NCBI GenBank assembly: GCA_001949185.1
Contig: BDGG01000001.1
Location: forward strand, 6,175,591-6,239,590
Direction of reading: 5' to 3'
Length of the DNA stretch: 64,000 bases
From: Ramazzottius varieornatus
Taxonomy: Eukaryota; Animalia; Tardigrada
Within the stretch, counting starts at the first letter, position 1. Each line of letters begins with the position of its first letter. Below, piece by piece: positions 1-12,118 of the stretch. A program made the translations under genes and the position numbers. A model generated the notes under the pieces. The model made no database searches. It had not been told where the DNA came from and saw nothing but the letters and a program-made list of their open reading frames with translations.

Positions 1-1288
1 ATAGGAAGAAGTCATCGGCCAGTGAGAGTGCCATTCTGACCACCCAGAGCGAAGGCACACCACCCAGAGAAGGCTCCGTCAATGGTGGACCTTCATCATC
101 CGTGCAAGATGGCTTCCTGGATAACCGATCAACAATCAACCGCTCACATTCAGCCAGCTTCCGCGACTCCGCCTTCGAGTCGATGGAATCACCCAGCCGC
201 GATCGAAGCACCTCCCGATTTAGTAATATCAGCACCAGAACCCCACTGAAGAAGTCGAGTGGACCAAGAAGACCGAGAAGTGCGGTACCGAGATCTGCCA
301 GTCGGTTGAGCCAGAGGAAACACGACTACGATGCCACGATTCATAACGAGACTCCGATGGTTTCTCGCTTCAACCAACAAGGAGAAATGTATCAGCCTGT
401 TTCCTACTCTTGGCAGGTTCGTGGGTTCACCTCTCACCGAACTAACTAGGCTTTCATTCTTCTTGCTTTTAGTCGTTCAAAGAGAGACTCTTCGACTCGG
501 CTCTCAGTGAGAAGTACGAGAACCTCCAAGTGGACCTTCCTTCGAGAAACAGTCGTCGTTACCGCAGTGTTTCCCCTTCAAACTTCGATGACGACGACAG
601 TGACGATGAAGATACCGAGAAGAAGAAGCTTCTGTTCTTGCAAGACCCGCTTTCGAGGTCAATGTACAAAAACCTAGAAGTCTTCTTCGACAGGAAGAAC
701 ATCATTCGAGACTCGGTCGGTGATTTGGGTCTTCCAAACCATCCCCACTCTGTAAACCTGAACTCCACTGCCCCGATGACGTCCTCTGCCCGAGGTAACT
801 TTAGCTTCAGCCGGTCAAACTCATCTCACAACGGCTTTTCTGCTCGGCCACAAAGTGCGTTAGGCGGAAGACCGGCGACCTCCCTAGACTTCCGGTCGGG
901 TACTTCGCTGGGTTTCGGGCACTCAGCGAGAGTTCACGAACCTTCTCGACCACCCTCCTCACTCGATAACCATCAGTCCACAAGACCTAACGGAGTTTCC
1001 ACAAATTTCTTCTCGAGAAGGAAGAAGGAGCACACACCGGCTCCGAGAGCTCATTCGGAAGAACGAGCTGAAGATTTACGGAAGAAAATTCAGGATCGGT
1101 TTGCGCAAATTGATTTCAACGAAGGAACCACGGATTATGACGCGTTATTTACTGTGACAGAAGAAGGGAATGACTTTGCGACACAGCATGACGCGGAGAA
1201 CAAAGCTGGAAATGGCGAAGGGGGTGCGGTTAATCAGGCAGAAGACGATAAAACACCAAAATCTCGTCTGGATCATTTGCGCTACTAA
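1..1288 (+). CDS. 3' part of an unknown Ser/Arg-rich, probably disordered protein (gene starts before the window; intron 417-472)
   Basis: ORFs 102-449 and 530-1288 are joined in frame by a phase-0 GT..AG intron 417-472 with an ACTAAC branch point; stop TAA at 1286-1288. No recognisable domain. Confidence 0.6.
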
Positions 1289-1440
1289 TTTCGTCGTTAT
1301 TTCTCTGTGAAACAATATTAAATCAATAACGGTTTTCTTGCGCATTCGAAAACTATAATTACGCTAAAAGAGCGGGACTGTATTAAAAAAACTGATTGTT
1401 TCATTATAAAAACTGTTCCCACTTCCGGCCGGTATACTCC

Positions 1441-2376
1441 TTATGCGGGTTTTCGGAATTCCTCTCTTTCAACCTTAACTTCATCTCCCAGAAGCTGATA
1501 AATGTAGATGACGATGTTAGTGGACTGGATGTCTAGAAGTGCGAAGGATGGAGCAGGTTCCCTGCAATAGTAGTGGTCATTTGAGAAGTATTAAAGTGCA
1601 CTCAGATGGGAAACTATCGGACGAGGACGTAAACCGTCTGCTTATCCCATGGCTAAAATAGTTTTCCTCAAACCGGACTTACGTCTTCAAGCCTGTCCAA
1701 GAGCCGGTGGCACTGCCAGGGTTGAGGAACAATTTTCCATCGCGATTGAAGCTTTCAAACTGATGAGTATGGCCGGTGATCAGGACGTCCACGTCCAGCT
1801 GTCTCTGTAAACTTCCCAGACTTTCGCCGTCTCCCCAAGGAACTACCTGATGGCCATGACAAAGTCCAATTCGAAACTGTCCGACCGTCACCACCTTTTG
1901 CTCCGGAAATGTATAACCCTATAGAAAACAGGCGTCTCTGATTATTACGGGAGCCGAACACATAATTTCGAACCAACTCGCGCGGAAATATAACGGTGGA
2001 GTAAATATCGTACTGTACACAGTACCACCCTGGTAGCGCGTTATGACGCACAGGGGCACCTAGGGTGAAAAATACGGAATTGACGGAAGGCAGTTACCTC
2101 ATCGAAATCACCTCGCACGACATGGACATCACCAGCTATGCTGCGCAGATAGTCCAGAGTCTCTTTGGTGCACAAGTTTCCCGTACACAGAATATGCTGG
2201 ATTTTACCGGGTACAAGAAGCTTCTTGAACTGAGCAGGCAGGCCAGATGAGCGGAAAGGAATGTGGAAGTCGCCAATGACGAGAACAAGCTGCAAGAAAG
2301 CTGAAAAGTTGACAAGCTGCCCGTCTCCAGTTTCCTATGCGTGAAGCCCTGAACCATCTTCCGCCTTCCTTACCAT
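1441..2376 (-). CDS. VPS29: Vacuolar protein sorting 29 (retromer subunit), spliced
   Basis: ATG-only first coding exon (2374-2376), then [69 protein letters not shown], and last exon [29 protein letters not shown], stop at 1441. Confidence 0.96.
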
Positions 2377-2933
2377 GATCACAGGAAGAACCGATGCGGC
2401 CGCCAAAGATACAACCCGCTAACCAGAGGTGGAAGGAGGCAACATCAAGGCGTGGAGGCTTTCGAACTGGGAAATGGGAAAAAACGATCTCGACAAAACC
2501 TAAACATCAAAAATAAATACTGTATGAGGTTCGGTCAGCTTGCTTCACATGGGTTCGTCTGTAGGAAAAAGCTCTAACAATCAATTGTAACACCGTTAAT
2601 TGACGAGAACACATGACGTCAGCAGTAGTTTTCTCTGCTGGCGGATCAACAATGCACACAACACGATAAGCAGCGCTCTTCGTTTGATTATTGATTACGG
2701 AAGCCACACTTCTCGGTTTGTTTACATTTTTTTCACTTTTTGTTCCTTCCCGGCGTCGTCGCACAGTTTTTAGTAAAAACAATTTGCAGGAAACGGTATT
2801 CCTCAACGCAGAAATATTAGAAGACTAAGAGAAGCAGTAATCAGCCGGATTGTGAATAACTGGGGAAGTCCGAAGAACTGTGAACAAGTGAAATATTTCC
2901 CACAGAAGAATCCGAAATCATCATCGAAACAGC

Positions 2934-3476
2934 TCAGGCGTTTGTGTCAAAGTTTTCTTGCGGCACCGGCACATCATCGTCTCCTGGAGGAGCACTGGCT
3001 TTACCTCCTTCTCCTCCAGCAGCATTGCCAGCACGGGCACGGTTCAGCAGAGTGCCCAAATTTCGCAGCTGCATGAGACTTTCTTGGTTCATATTGGGGA
3101 AGCTCGACATAACTTCGCTGGCAGGCTTCTCTTGGGCTTGTCCCGCTACCGAGAAAGTGTTGCAGGCCAGCGCGGTCTGGACTTTGGGATTCTTGATCTG
3201 GATCACCGTATTGTCCGACCGAAAGAGGTTCACTTCCTCGATGCCGGGGATAGGGTTAGCGCCCAGCTTCTTCAGCGTGTTGATCAGCTGTTTGTCATCT
3301 TTGACAACGGCGTGGTGCATCACCTTCTTCTTGCGTCGAGCAGAGCCCTTACCTCCAGTACGTACTTGGTCTTGTAGTTTCTGTAGCTGCTTGAGACGTT
3401 CGGGGTTCATTTGCGATCCACCAGTCTTCGGCTTATCGTCGCTGGAGTCGAGGTGAGCCTTTACTTGGTCAGCCAT
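2934..3476 (-). CDS. BTF3: BTF3 / nascent polypeptide-associated complex beta subunit
   Basis: MNPERLKQLQ..VRTGGKGSARRKKK, DDKQL..LKKLG, IPGIEEVNLF, NPKVQ..NTFSVAG, C-terminal DDDVP..ENFD are NAC-beta hallmarks. A probable 5'UTR intron lies immediately upstream. Confidence 0.95.
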   Translation of the reverse strand: MADQVKAHLDSSDDKPKTGGSQMNPERLKQLQKLQDQVRTGGKGSARRKKKVMHHAVVKDDKQLINTLKKLGANPIPGIEEVNLFRSDNTVIQIKNPKVQTALACNTFSVAGQAQEKPASEVMSSFPNMNQESLMQLRNLGTLLNRARAGNAAGGEGGKASAPPGDDDVPVPQENFDTNA

Positions 3477-4079
3477 TCTGTGTAATCAAGAGTCCAGTTT
3501 CAAGTTACGCAATCCATAGCACCTTTCGGCGAATCATCTTCCGGCCTTACCTGGTGTCTTTTGATTCCGTGTGATCCCAACAACCAGAAGAAGCCCTGCA
3601 ATATGATGAATCCTCAAACAGGAAGATAAAGAGCCAGAGCTGGTGGAGAACCTTCCGCTGAAATCAAATTACAGTCATTACACCAGCGAAAAAGTTCCTC
3701 GAAGCAACTCCTGCATCCAGATTTCAGCGTTTATGAAACCATACCAGTAGGAAAATACCGTTGAAAATGACCAGGGTGGTATACTAACTTATAGATCAAC
3801 AGTAGGAAATTATCACCGCCTGGTTCTTAAGTGCTCCCACTTAGCCACCACGGCAAACTGGAATCAGCACGCGGGTGCCCCGGGAGCAGTTTTCCGCGCC
3901 AATTACCTGCATTAAAATGCCTTTAACATGCTGCTGAGTGTCGAATAATAATACGTCACACAAACCGATTGATTTATCCATTGTCAGAATACCGCAAACA
4001 GCGTAAGAAGGTTAGAAGGATGTAAAAACCCATTCATCAGAGAAAAACAATCAAATCAAACAGCTCGAGACACTAGCTT

Positions 4080-4880
4080 TCAAGCTGCAAAACGGCCAAG
4101 AGCATCGGAAGTGACATGCTGTGTCGTTCTCCTGGACGTATCTCTGTTCTGGCTCTTCTCGACGATGGGCATAATGTCTGCAGAAGAGTTCTCCGAGGAT
4201 GGAGGTTCCTCGATTAACCGCTCGACTTCAAGTACGTCGACGGAGTTACCGGAAGACAGACCATTTTCCCCGCCCGTTCTCAGACCTGCCTCCAGCAATG
4301 CTTCTCGTATCCTACTAGAAGCCTCCTGAACATCTTTGGCAATGACGCGTGACAGCGCCCATATCCTAGAACTGGTGGCCAGCATGGAGAGGTCAGTTCC
4401 AAAGAAAAAATAATGCTCCTGCGCCATGGCCTGAGTCGACGCTTCTCCAGTCAACTCAGCATACGCACCCATTTGCCGCATCAGCAGTTCCCTGTTCGAT
4501 AGTTCGGCGAACAGAGCGAACACGGAGTTCCCAAAAGTATCTGTTGCGGATATCAAACCACGAAATTTCACCGCATTCGAGGTCCGAAGTCGCCGTGCGC
4601 AGCTTTGGATGGATAGAGATCGCTGCACAAACTTGCTGCGACGAAACTGATGCCGTATTCTCTTCAGTAGCAATGCATGAATTTCGAGTTCCGCGAGCAA
4701 ACCTGCAACTATATAGTGCCTCCATTTCAACAGAAGCTCAATACTTGAAAGACGCAGCCACTCACCAGAGGCATCCCATTTCTCCTGCAGATCCTTGATG
4801 AGGGATACAACAGTTCGACCACACGCCAACAGTTTCTCCTTGCGTCTTGCCTTCTTTGCAACGGACTTCTTTCGCTCCAT
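4080..4880 (-). CDS. NEPRO / Rmp1-like (DUF4477) protein, putative RNase MRP subunit; probable in-frame 57-nt intron 4709-4765
   Basis: LLAELEI..LLKRIRHQFRRSKF..IQSCARRL and LATSSRIWALSRVI resemble, from memory, the NEPRO/Rmp1 N-terminal domain (LQAE..LYxNHNR..CLKRL; VSRLWVL). GTGAGT..TATAG intron signals present. Confidence 0.6.
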   Translation of the reverse strand: MERKKSVAKKARRKEKLLACGRTVVSLIKDLQEKWDASGEWLRLSSIELLLKWRHYIVAGLLAELEIHALLLKRIRHQFRRSKFVQRSLSIQSCARRLRTSNAVKFRGLISATDTFGNSVFALFAELSNRELLMRQMGAYAELTGEASTQAMAQEHYFFFGTDLSMLATSSRIWALSRVIAKDVQEASSRIREALLEAGLRTGGENGLSSGNSVDVLEVERLIEEPPSSENSSADIMPIVEKSQNRDTSRRTTQHVTSDALGRFAA

Positions 4881-5211
4881 GTTCGCGACAGGCCTGGCTA
4901 CCTGTAAAGATGAATCGAAATTTTCTCCGGAAGATCCTGAAGGCTACAAGTGCGCAAAAAGAACGAACATTCAAAATTATTATTTTTTGTAAATTGTAAA
5001 CGTGTTCAGATCAATCAATTTTACCGTTCGTCGCGGGAACAATCAACCGAAGCCGGTAGCCTGAACGCCCTGAAGCTCCGTCGTTTTCGGTGACGTCATT
5101 CTGGCATGATTCTGATTCTGCAAAAATTCTTGCGTTTTTGAATTCTGATCTTTCATTTCTGTGCCTTGTGTTCTTCCAAATGTTCACCTCCGCGGAGCTG
5201 AAGAGCTGAGA

Positions 5212-6549
5212 ATGCCATCGGTTTGCTTAGCCTGCTTCGCGCTGGACAGCGGTCTCCTCTTCTCCAACCACTCATACGGCGCCTTCGGACCCCCCTCGAT
5301 TCCAGCTCTCTCCTCGCTCAGCAGCGTTCACGACTTTGTCTCAGCATCATCGTTAACTCTACATGCTACTTTCGACGACGAAAACCGGATGATTTTGTGG
5401 CGCGTGTATGCTGGTCGGTTAAAATTCGTCATGATCATCCAGAAGGACGATCGAGACATCTTGTTGGAGAGCGCGCTCAAGTTATGCGATTCACTTTTCC
5501 ACTGTCTCGTATTCCAATGTGGGTACGAGTCCATCGTGGCTTGTCCTTCACCCGAAGCTCTAAAACAGATCGTTAGCCAAGCAGAGTTATTGATGGATAC
5601 GCTTCTTTCAGCCTACCTCAGTGATTCCGATTCAGCTCTGTCATTGCCTTTGGATGCCGCCCTCGTTCCACATCCACTGACTTCCTCAAAGTCCGCCTCG
5701 TTTATGGACTCTTTCTGCCGGTCCTTTGCAGTAAACTATGCTCTGGCCTTCGTGAAGGACAGGATGATGGCATCGTCGACTGAAGCCGCTAGACTGACTC
5801 CGGAAGAAATGCTGTTGCTGCGACTGTTTATTGACGTTCCTTCAAACAATCAACTGGTACCATCCGCTCCGCCCGAAGAAGCGTTGAGGTCCGCTTCGCC
5901 TGTGTTGTCAGTTCGCTCCGGTCCGTTCATCTCTCTTTTGAACAACTTGGGTTCTGCTGGGAACTCATCGGAAAGAATAGTCTTCCTTCCGCATACTTCG
6001 CCAAACCTCGCCCACAAAATCTCTACAGTAACGATTGCGAACTCGGAAGTCGTTATTGTTTGTCTTACAGGCGCGGACTTTGCCATGAGCGATGAAACTC
6101 GCAAGAGAATGGAAGCCTTCTGCCTCGCAGACTCGAGCTTCGTCAAACGGATTTCCATCTCGCCACCGTTGTGGTTTTCCGAAAAGCTTGCTCAAAACTT
6201 TCCCAAAGAGTTGTACGGAGTGGTGGTGAGAAGTGTGGACATGAACGTGGTGTTTTACTCGCCAGTAAATGAAGCGCGCAGCGAGACCCGGATGAACCAA
6301 AGACGTGAAGGCTTGTTCGATTTTGTACGACTGGTCAAGGAGCTTCGTCAAGTCGAAGTTAGCGCTAAGAGTAGTTTACTGCCTTCCTCCAATGAGACTT
6401 ACCATTTTTCTGGCCGTTTTAAGTTTTATTTCATATGCAGAGGTATGCACGAGGTGTACTGTATTTTTGACACAGCAGCACCAAAGCAGAGTTTGTTGTC
6501 GACAACAGAAGATATTCTGAACGTTTTCACAAGACATAAGAACGAATAA
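5212..6549 (+). CDS. FUZ: Fuzzy-like tri-longin protein (CPLANE / Intu-Fuz Rab23 GEF subunit), single exon
   Basis: N-terminus CLACFALDSGLLFS..SLSSVHDF..ILWRVY..FHCLVFQCG..LKQ..LMDTLL parallels Fuzzy longin-1 (LCLAASSGVPLF..SLNGVHMF..VVWKSF..FGAMVLLVG..LKK..LIDSFL). First ATG at 5212. Confidence 0.7.
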   Translation: MPSVCLACFALDSGLLFSNHSYGAFGPPSIPALSSLSSVHDFVSASSLTLHATFDDENRMILWRVYAGRLKFVMIIQKDDRDILLESALKLCDSLFHCLVFQCGYESIVACPSPEALKQIVSQAELLMDTLLSAYLSDSDSALSLPLDAALVPHPLTSSKSASFMDSFCRSFAVNYALAFVKDRMMASSTEAARLTPEEMLLLRLFIDVPSNNQLVPSAPPEEALRSASPVLSVRSGPFISLLNNLGSAGNSSERIVFLPHTSPNLAHKISTVTIANSEVVIVCLTGADFAMSDETRKRMEAFCLADSSFVKRISISPPLWFSEKLAQNFPKELYGVVVRSVDMNVVFYSPVNEARSETRMNQRREGLFDFVRLVKELRQVEVSAKSSLLPSSNETYHFSGRFKFYFICRGMHEVYCIFDTAAPKQSLLSTTEDILNVFTRHKNE

Positions 6550-6820
6550 AACGAAACGCGATCATGAGCTATGGTGTAATTTACCATGAAACACCAACAG
6601 AAAACACGGAACGATGAAAATCTTCCCCGTGGATTCTTAAGCCTTGAATATCGGCGATAATGGGCAAACGGAGATCACTGGACAAGTGTTACGGAGACCA
6701 GCAAGAAGTGTATGGAGCTGTGAGAACAATTTTCGCATTGCGAATACAAGCGGTTTGAAATTCTTTTGCCGGAAGTTATACGGAAAATTGGAGTTAGCCT
6801 TTAACACTGCGACTTGAATT

Positions 6821-7763
6821 TCACTCGGCTTTCGCGTCCTTCACGACGGTGGTCGTCGGTATACCAGTTGTTGGTTTCGCGTTCGCCGCTGTCCAGCGTT
6901 CCTCCACGTCAAAGGCTGCCACATTCCGCAAGGCTGCCACCAGCTGAATACCACTAATTCCAGCTTTCACAACGGCTACCGGAGCAGTCACGTACGCCTA
7001 CAACAAAATTCCAGAATAGTTCCCCATTTGAACGAGAGCTGCAATGCTCCAGCGCCCGAGCAAATAGCTACGTGTACAGTCCAGATCAACTCGCGCACTC
7101 ATCTCGAGCCCTGTATGATATTACACGTTAAGATATACACTATGACATGACGTAATACCCACACCGAATGCCCCTTTTGCGCTAGTTGAATGAATCTACG
7201 GAAGTCTAAATATCTTTTCAGCGTCTTACCAAGATGCGGAAGAGTCCAATGGGTCCTTCGGTGAAATGCAGCATGTACAGGGCCGCATAAAAGACCTCAT
7301 TGCCAGCACACATCCAGAAGAGAACCGTGCGTGAGGAATAATAGACGCGGAGCAGCCAGTGTTCCGACAGATCGATCAGCTTATGACTAGTGGTGCCCTT
7401 GATCATCTGACTGTACATGTGGATCCAGTGACTGGTAATGTCGAGAAAGATATCCATCTGAAACAGCATCATCCATTTGGGGTAGAAATGTCCCAGGACC
7501 ATGATCAGACACAATGTTCCACAGCGATCCGTCAGCATGTCCAGCAGAGCGCCCACTCGACTCGTTTGACCAAGGTAGCGCGCGGCGTATCCATCGATGG
7601 CGTCGGCTCCCGCACTGGCCATGTACCAGAAGAAGGTGGTGTAGGGATCGCTCCGCATGTAATAGAAGCTGATGAGGGCTGCCACCACCCGAAAGTATCC
7701 AATCAGGTTGGGAACAAAGAGGAAGATGTCCAGAGGGTTTTCTCGCTGCTTCTTGGTTTCCAT
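6821..7763 (-). CDS. CDIPT: CDP-diacylglycerol--inositol 3-phosphatidyltransferase (PI synthase), 2 coding exons
   Basis: IFLFVPNLIGYFR, CDP-alcohol motif DAIDGYAAR..QTSRVGALLDMLTDR, DITSHW, SHK, CAGNE; second exon AYVTAPVAVVKAGISGIQLVAA..AAFDVEER, stop at 6821. Confidence 0.95.
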
Positions 7764-10700
7764 CTTCTCGCGTATCTTGTCGAACGGTGCGTAACTGTAC
7801 TCCGCGGTCTTACCTACAACAAGAAGGAAACAACCAGGAATCAGATGAGCTTTACAGTGAGCTCAAAGGTTCAGACAAAGTTTAATGGGCTCATCGATCG
7901 ATTTCTCCGCGAGTGCTTCCGGTTGCATCCATCTGGATGTTACGTCACAGGAACGGAACCTTCGTGACCTGCGCAGTTCCCATCAAGGGTGGGCTAAGGG
8001 TCTGACTTTGCCTGGAATGCAATTCCGTAATTCCAAAATTTATTAAATTAAATACTCCAATAACTAGTAAATGGTATTTTTAATCTTTTCAAAGATCATA
8101 CTTTGAAGTAAGTACAGGCCGAAATCCACCTGTTTAGGGAACCACGTCCTCGCGTAAATCCCAGTCGAAAACACTAGATAAGTGAGTACAAGAAGCTGGT
8201 CTTACAATTCTGAAGCCTTATAACAATACCGATACACCGATAATCAAGAAGCAGAGCCAAACCTTCAAAATTGACGATATTAAAGAGACGAACAGTGCCG
8301 GGGGAGGCCGGCGAACTTTTTAGATTTTCTTGCTCAAAGACATATGAAACGCTCTTTCTGACTGGCCGTGGGAAGACTAATGGTAGAAAACTATTGGAAA
8401 GTTGTTGAACGATTGCACTGCTCATGAAACAGGCTAGGCAAGGCAGCCGTAACTTCATGGAAGTTTCACTTCTTCCCGTGGCAAAATCGGGGCTTCTTAA
8501 TGGTACGGAGGTCATAATCGGAATGCTCTATTTTTCCTGAGAAGTGAGGTTGTGACGGGAGAAGCGAGAAGACCAAACTGAGAAGTCAGGAGTAAGAAAG
8601 AGCCTCGTATGAGATCTGTGAGCGATCACGGTCTACAATTGAATGTTTGTAGCAATAAACGCAACGTTATTAATAAGATCAGGAATATGACGTCGCGATG
8701 CGAGAGTCAAAACTTTTTCGGTCGTGTCCGTCTCGTCTCGAATGTCCTGGAGCTATCGGCGGCACAATAGCTGAACGTCATGATATCGGTTTTCAGAACT
8801 TTCCAGGTCATGAGTTTTTTTACGTTTCGATTTGAAACGCACAGCAATCGAACCGCACTTTAAGAACAGAAGTCTTCGCTAAAGGCTGTTTTACTCTGAA
8901 ACACTCACAGGTTGGGAAGATAGCGATTTCACCGGCCGCGGACCAATGTTATATATTTGTCGGCAAAGACAGCTAGTAGTGTAACAGTATGATCTGCCAC
9001 ACGGGCGATGACGAAATATTTTAGTTAGAGGACGCGTATGATGACGCAAGCAGAACAATCTAACATTATGACCGAATTTGAATTGCAAAATCTAGCTCGA
9101 ACAGCCGAACGATGCAGTAGCTATTGCGTCATCATGCAATGCGCTTTTCTGCGGTTTACCACATCCGTGAGTCGTAAACGTCAGTAGTAGAGCACGGAAT
9201 CTGGTCGCATGCGCTGCACTGCACTGCACTGCAGCACAGCTACAGCGCGTGAACTGCTGAAATTTGTGCGGCACAGCACAGCATACAGCAGAAAGCCAGA
9301 CTACCGCCCAGATGCACCTACCGAGACCTAGCAAAAATTACAGTTTTTGGGCATTGGAACGTCAGCCGTGTCAGCTTCGCCGAACTTTAGGGCAACGTTC
9401 TCCAGGTTGACTACCGATTTCGCTGACTGAATTACACGGCGTTCCGCGCAGTTGCACCAGGTCAACGTGCATCTGCAGCAGAGCTGCTTAGCCATTGGGC
9501 ATGAAAGTTGAGCAGCACAGCGAAGCGTACAGCGCCCTGGTAATGTGCGCAGCACAGTTACACCGTACTTTAATCCCTACGGACCAGTGCTTTAGTCAGC
9601 AGTATCCGTCGTTGCCGGCAGATCATTTCGCATAGCCACCGCTGGGTTTCACCAAAGCCATTACATCGTTTTCGAACTTTCGTGTTTTTGACTTTTCCAC
9701 AGGGTACCTTAGAAGTTTCAGGCCTTAAAACTGCATTCGGTCGTCCTTTACTACAGTCTGAAAGTCTGATTCCCAGTAGATCTAACTTGATACAAATTAT
9801 AATTGAGCGGTCGCGACAGCAAACTGAAGCTCAAATGTTTGATCAGCGTCCAGGGTTATGTTGAGTTCAGTTTACAACGAATGACGTGACTTGGGCAATA
9901 GAGACTCCCGATAAACAGCCAGGCCTTTGACTTGAGATCGATGAGCAAACTTTGAAAATCAGCCTCTGCCCACCTTTTGAGTATACCTTTTGCTGCAAAG
10001 AAAAATCTTGTTATGCCGATAAGTTATGGCAATTTTGGTATGGTATTCCATGTTAAACTTTTGTACGTGATATGGTTTGCCATAACAAGCTTCTGTATTT
10101 CCGCAAGTGGTCTAATGTTCGAAATTTCGCGCACTGACATGACGTTGGCGGAAAGTTTAATGGTCTCCCTTTTGCTTGAAGAGGGGTTCAATCCGTTTAG
10201 CTAAAACAAGTAGACAGATTATTCTCGGTGATCAGTCTGTCCGGGCGCTCGTTTAGCAAAATCACACGACCTCTTCTACCTGCAAGCCAGGTTCAAGTTG
10301 TCCTAATGGGGTATCCAGTGCGGGTATGTCCATTTTTGCACAGAAACAGCCGTGTTGTAGTAAGAAGCTCCAATGTCTCATAATACCTCATACTACTAGC
10401 CTCATAATACGTTTAAAGTTTGCCAGTTACATTCTGAGTTTCTGACCTGCCACGGGAATTCGAAGGACTAACTTTTCACAATCTCACAATCTCAACGTTC
10501 TATTCCAAGTTTTCAGAAATAAACAGTGCGGAATCAACCGTAAAAATCAATGTATTTAAAGAGCCTCATACGACGTTTAAAGAGCAACGACCTCATACTA
10601 CGAGCCATGAGTACCTTACACGACTTTCCAGTTAAAACACTGCGCAATTCGGAACTGCAAGCCATGCTAACAAACGCAGCCACAAGACGAAACAGCTATC

Positions 10701-10940
10701 CTCGGAGCTTGGAAGTCGGTGTATCGAGACGATCCGCCTAACATTTTTCAGTATTTCATTGATATTATTGTTAGGCATGATTCCCACCCCAGTTATCATT
10801 CCCGGTCTTCCCGAGCAGACGTTCCCGGTCCTGTTTTTTGGGTGGAGTTATCCCGGTTTTGTAATTCTGGACTCATTTGGGTGGGAATATTCCCGGCATT
10901 CCCGGCCTTTGTCCAGACGTGGTTTCCATCACCCAAAACA

Positions 10941-11816
10941 AGTGATGTTGGCATAAGGGTGTCGCGACCTTATATAATCTCAATTTAATAAGCCCGGGCT
11001 GCCAGAGTTGTAATATAATCTTAATACAATATACCCGACCGCAGAGCATCTAATATAATATTTATATATTAACTTGGCGTCGCTGGGTTCTCATTATAAA
11101 ATATTATAATATTTCAGTCATTTTAAGATTCACATGTCGACGGGAAAAGATAAATTTCTTCCTTAACAGTTTCACTAGCGAAACAGTTTTATCCATAACC
11201 AGCAATAAAAAGGTCATGAATTATCAGTTAAAAGTACTACCAAGGAACCGTTAAAAAATAACAGCTGTTTTAGCGGCTGTTGTCTCTTCTGCCTGGTGCT
11301 CGGGAAAGTCCCTCTTTCAAGTCGTGCTGGCATCCTTGGAATGACATTCATCCAAAACGCATTCCAGGATCGCGCTGCAATGCGTTTTTTACAGCGTGAG
11401 TGGCGGGTATGCAAGGTCCCCAAGATCGCAGTCCTGCATTCACCAATCAAATATGCTGCTTCAATCAAGTCACCACATTTGAACGTTCGTGAGTGCAACA
11501 CACGCGCAGGTGCTTGATGCGTATGATTTGCTGGCATACAGCACAATGCGCACAGTTTCACGCTTGTTGCCGTCTCAAATTAAGCGTTACTTTAATCAAC
11601 TGAAGTCAAAATCCGCATTTTAATAATCGTAATACGGAGCGCCCTGCGGCTTGATTTTAATATGATAATTCTAGCTCTGGCGTTCATCTAATTTAGTACT
11701 AATAAATATCCCACCTCGGCCGAGGCATCAAATGAATGCTAATGTGATGTATGGGATGCAAAAAACATCTAATAAGTTCTAATTCAATGTGAAACTCATA
11801 TATGCCAACAACACTA
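10941..11816. mobile_element. AT-rich MITE, family A (TIR AGTGATGTTGGCATA)
   Basis: Left end AGTGATGTTGGCATA, right end TATGCCAACAACACT (1 mismatch); subterminal AT-rich sequence resembles the copy at 17867-18323 in inverted orientation. Confidence 0.7.
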
Positions 11817-12118
11817 CCCAAATCCCTGGATAATCGGAGGGTCAAAGACCAACCCCTGAGTCGACGTGTAATTTTGGGGTCATCATCCAGTTTCAGTTTT
11901 GTAATTATTTTGTACTATTGAAGGTTTCATTTTGGTGAAGCGGGATCGTGAAGTTCGCTGCGGAAATCTGGGCTTGACTGTATCCCCCCACCAATTCATC
12001 GACTTTTTGCAGAAAGAAACCGGAAGAGTGGGCAGCGAGGCGAAGTGAAGGAGCGCTTTTTTGGGGGTGCTGGGACGCGGAGTTGTTTGAAGAACTCCTT
12101 CTGAGCAAAGCATCCATC

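Noticed and set aside
2374-2376. ATG-only first coding exon of VPS29
   Set aside because: Real, but a known conserved feature of VPS29 genes and not novel.
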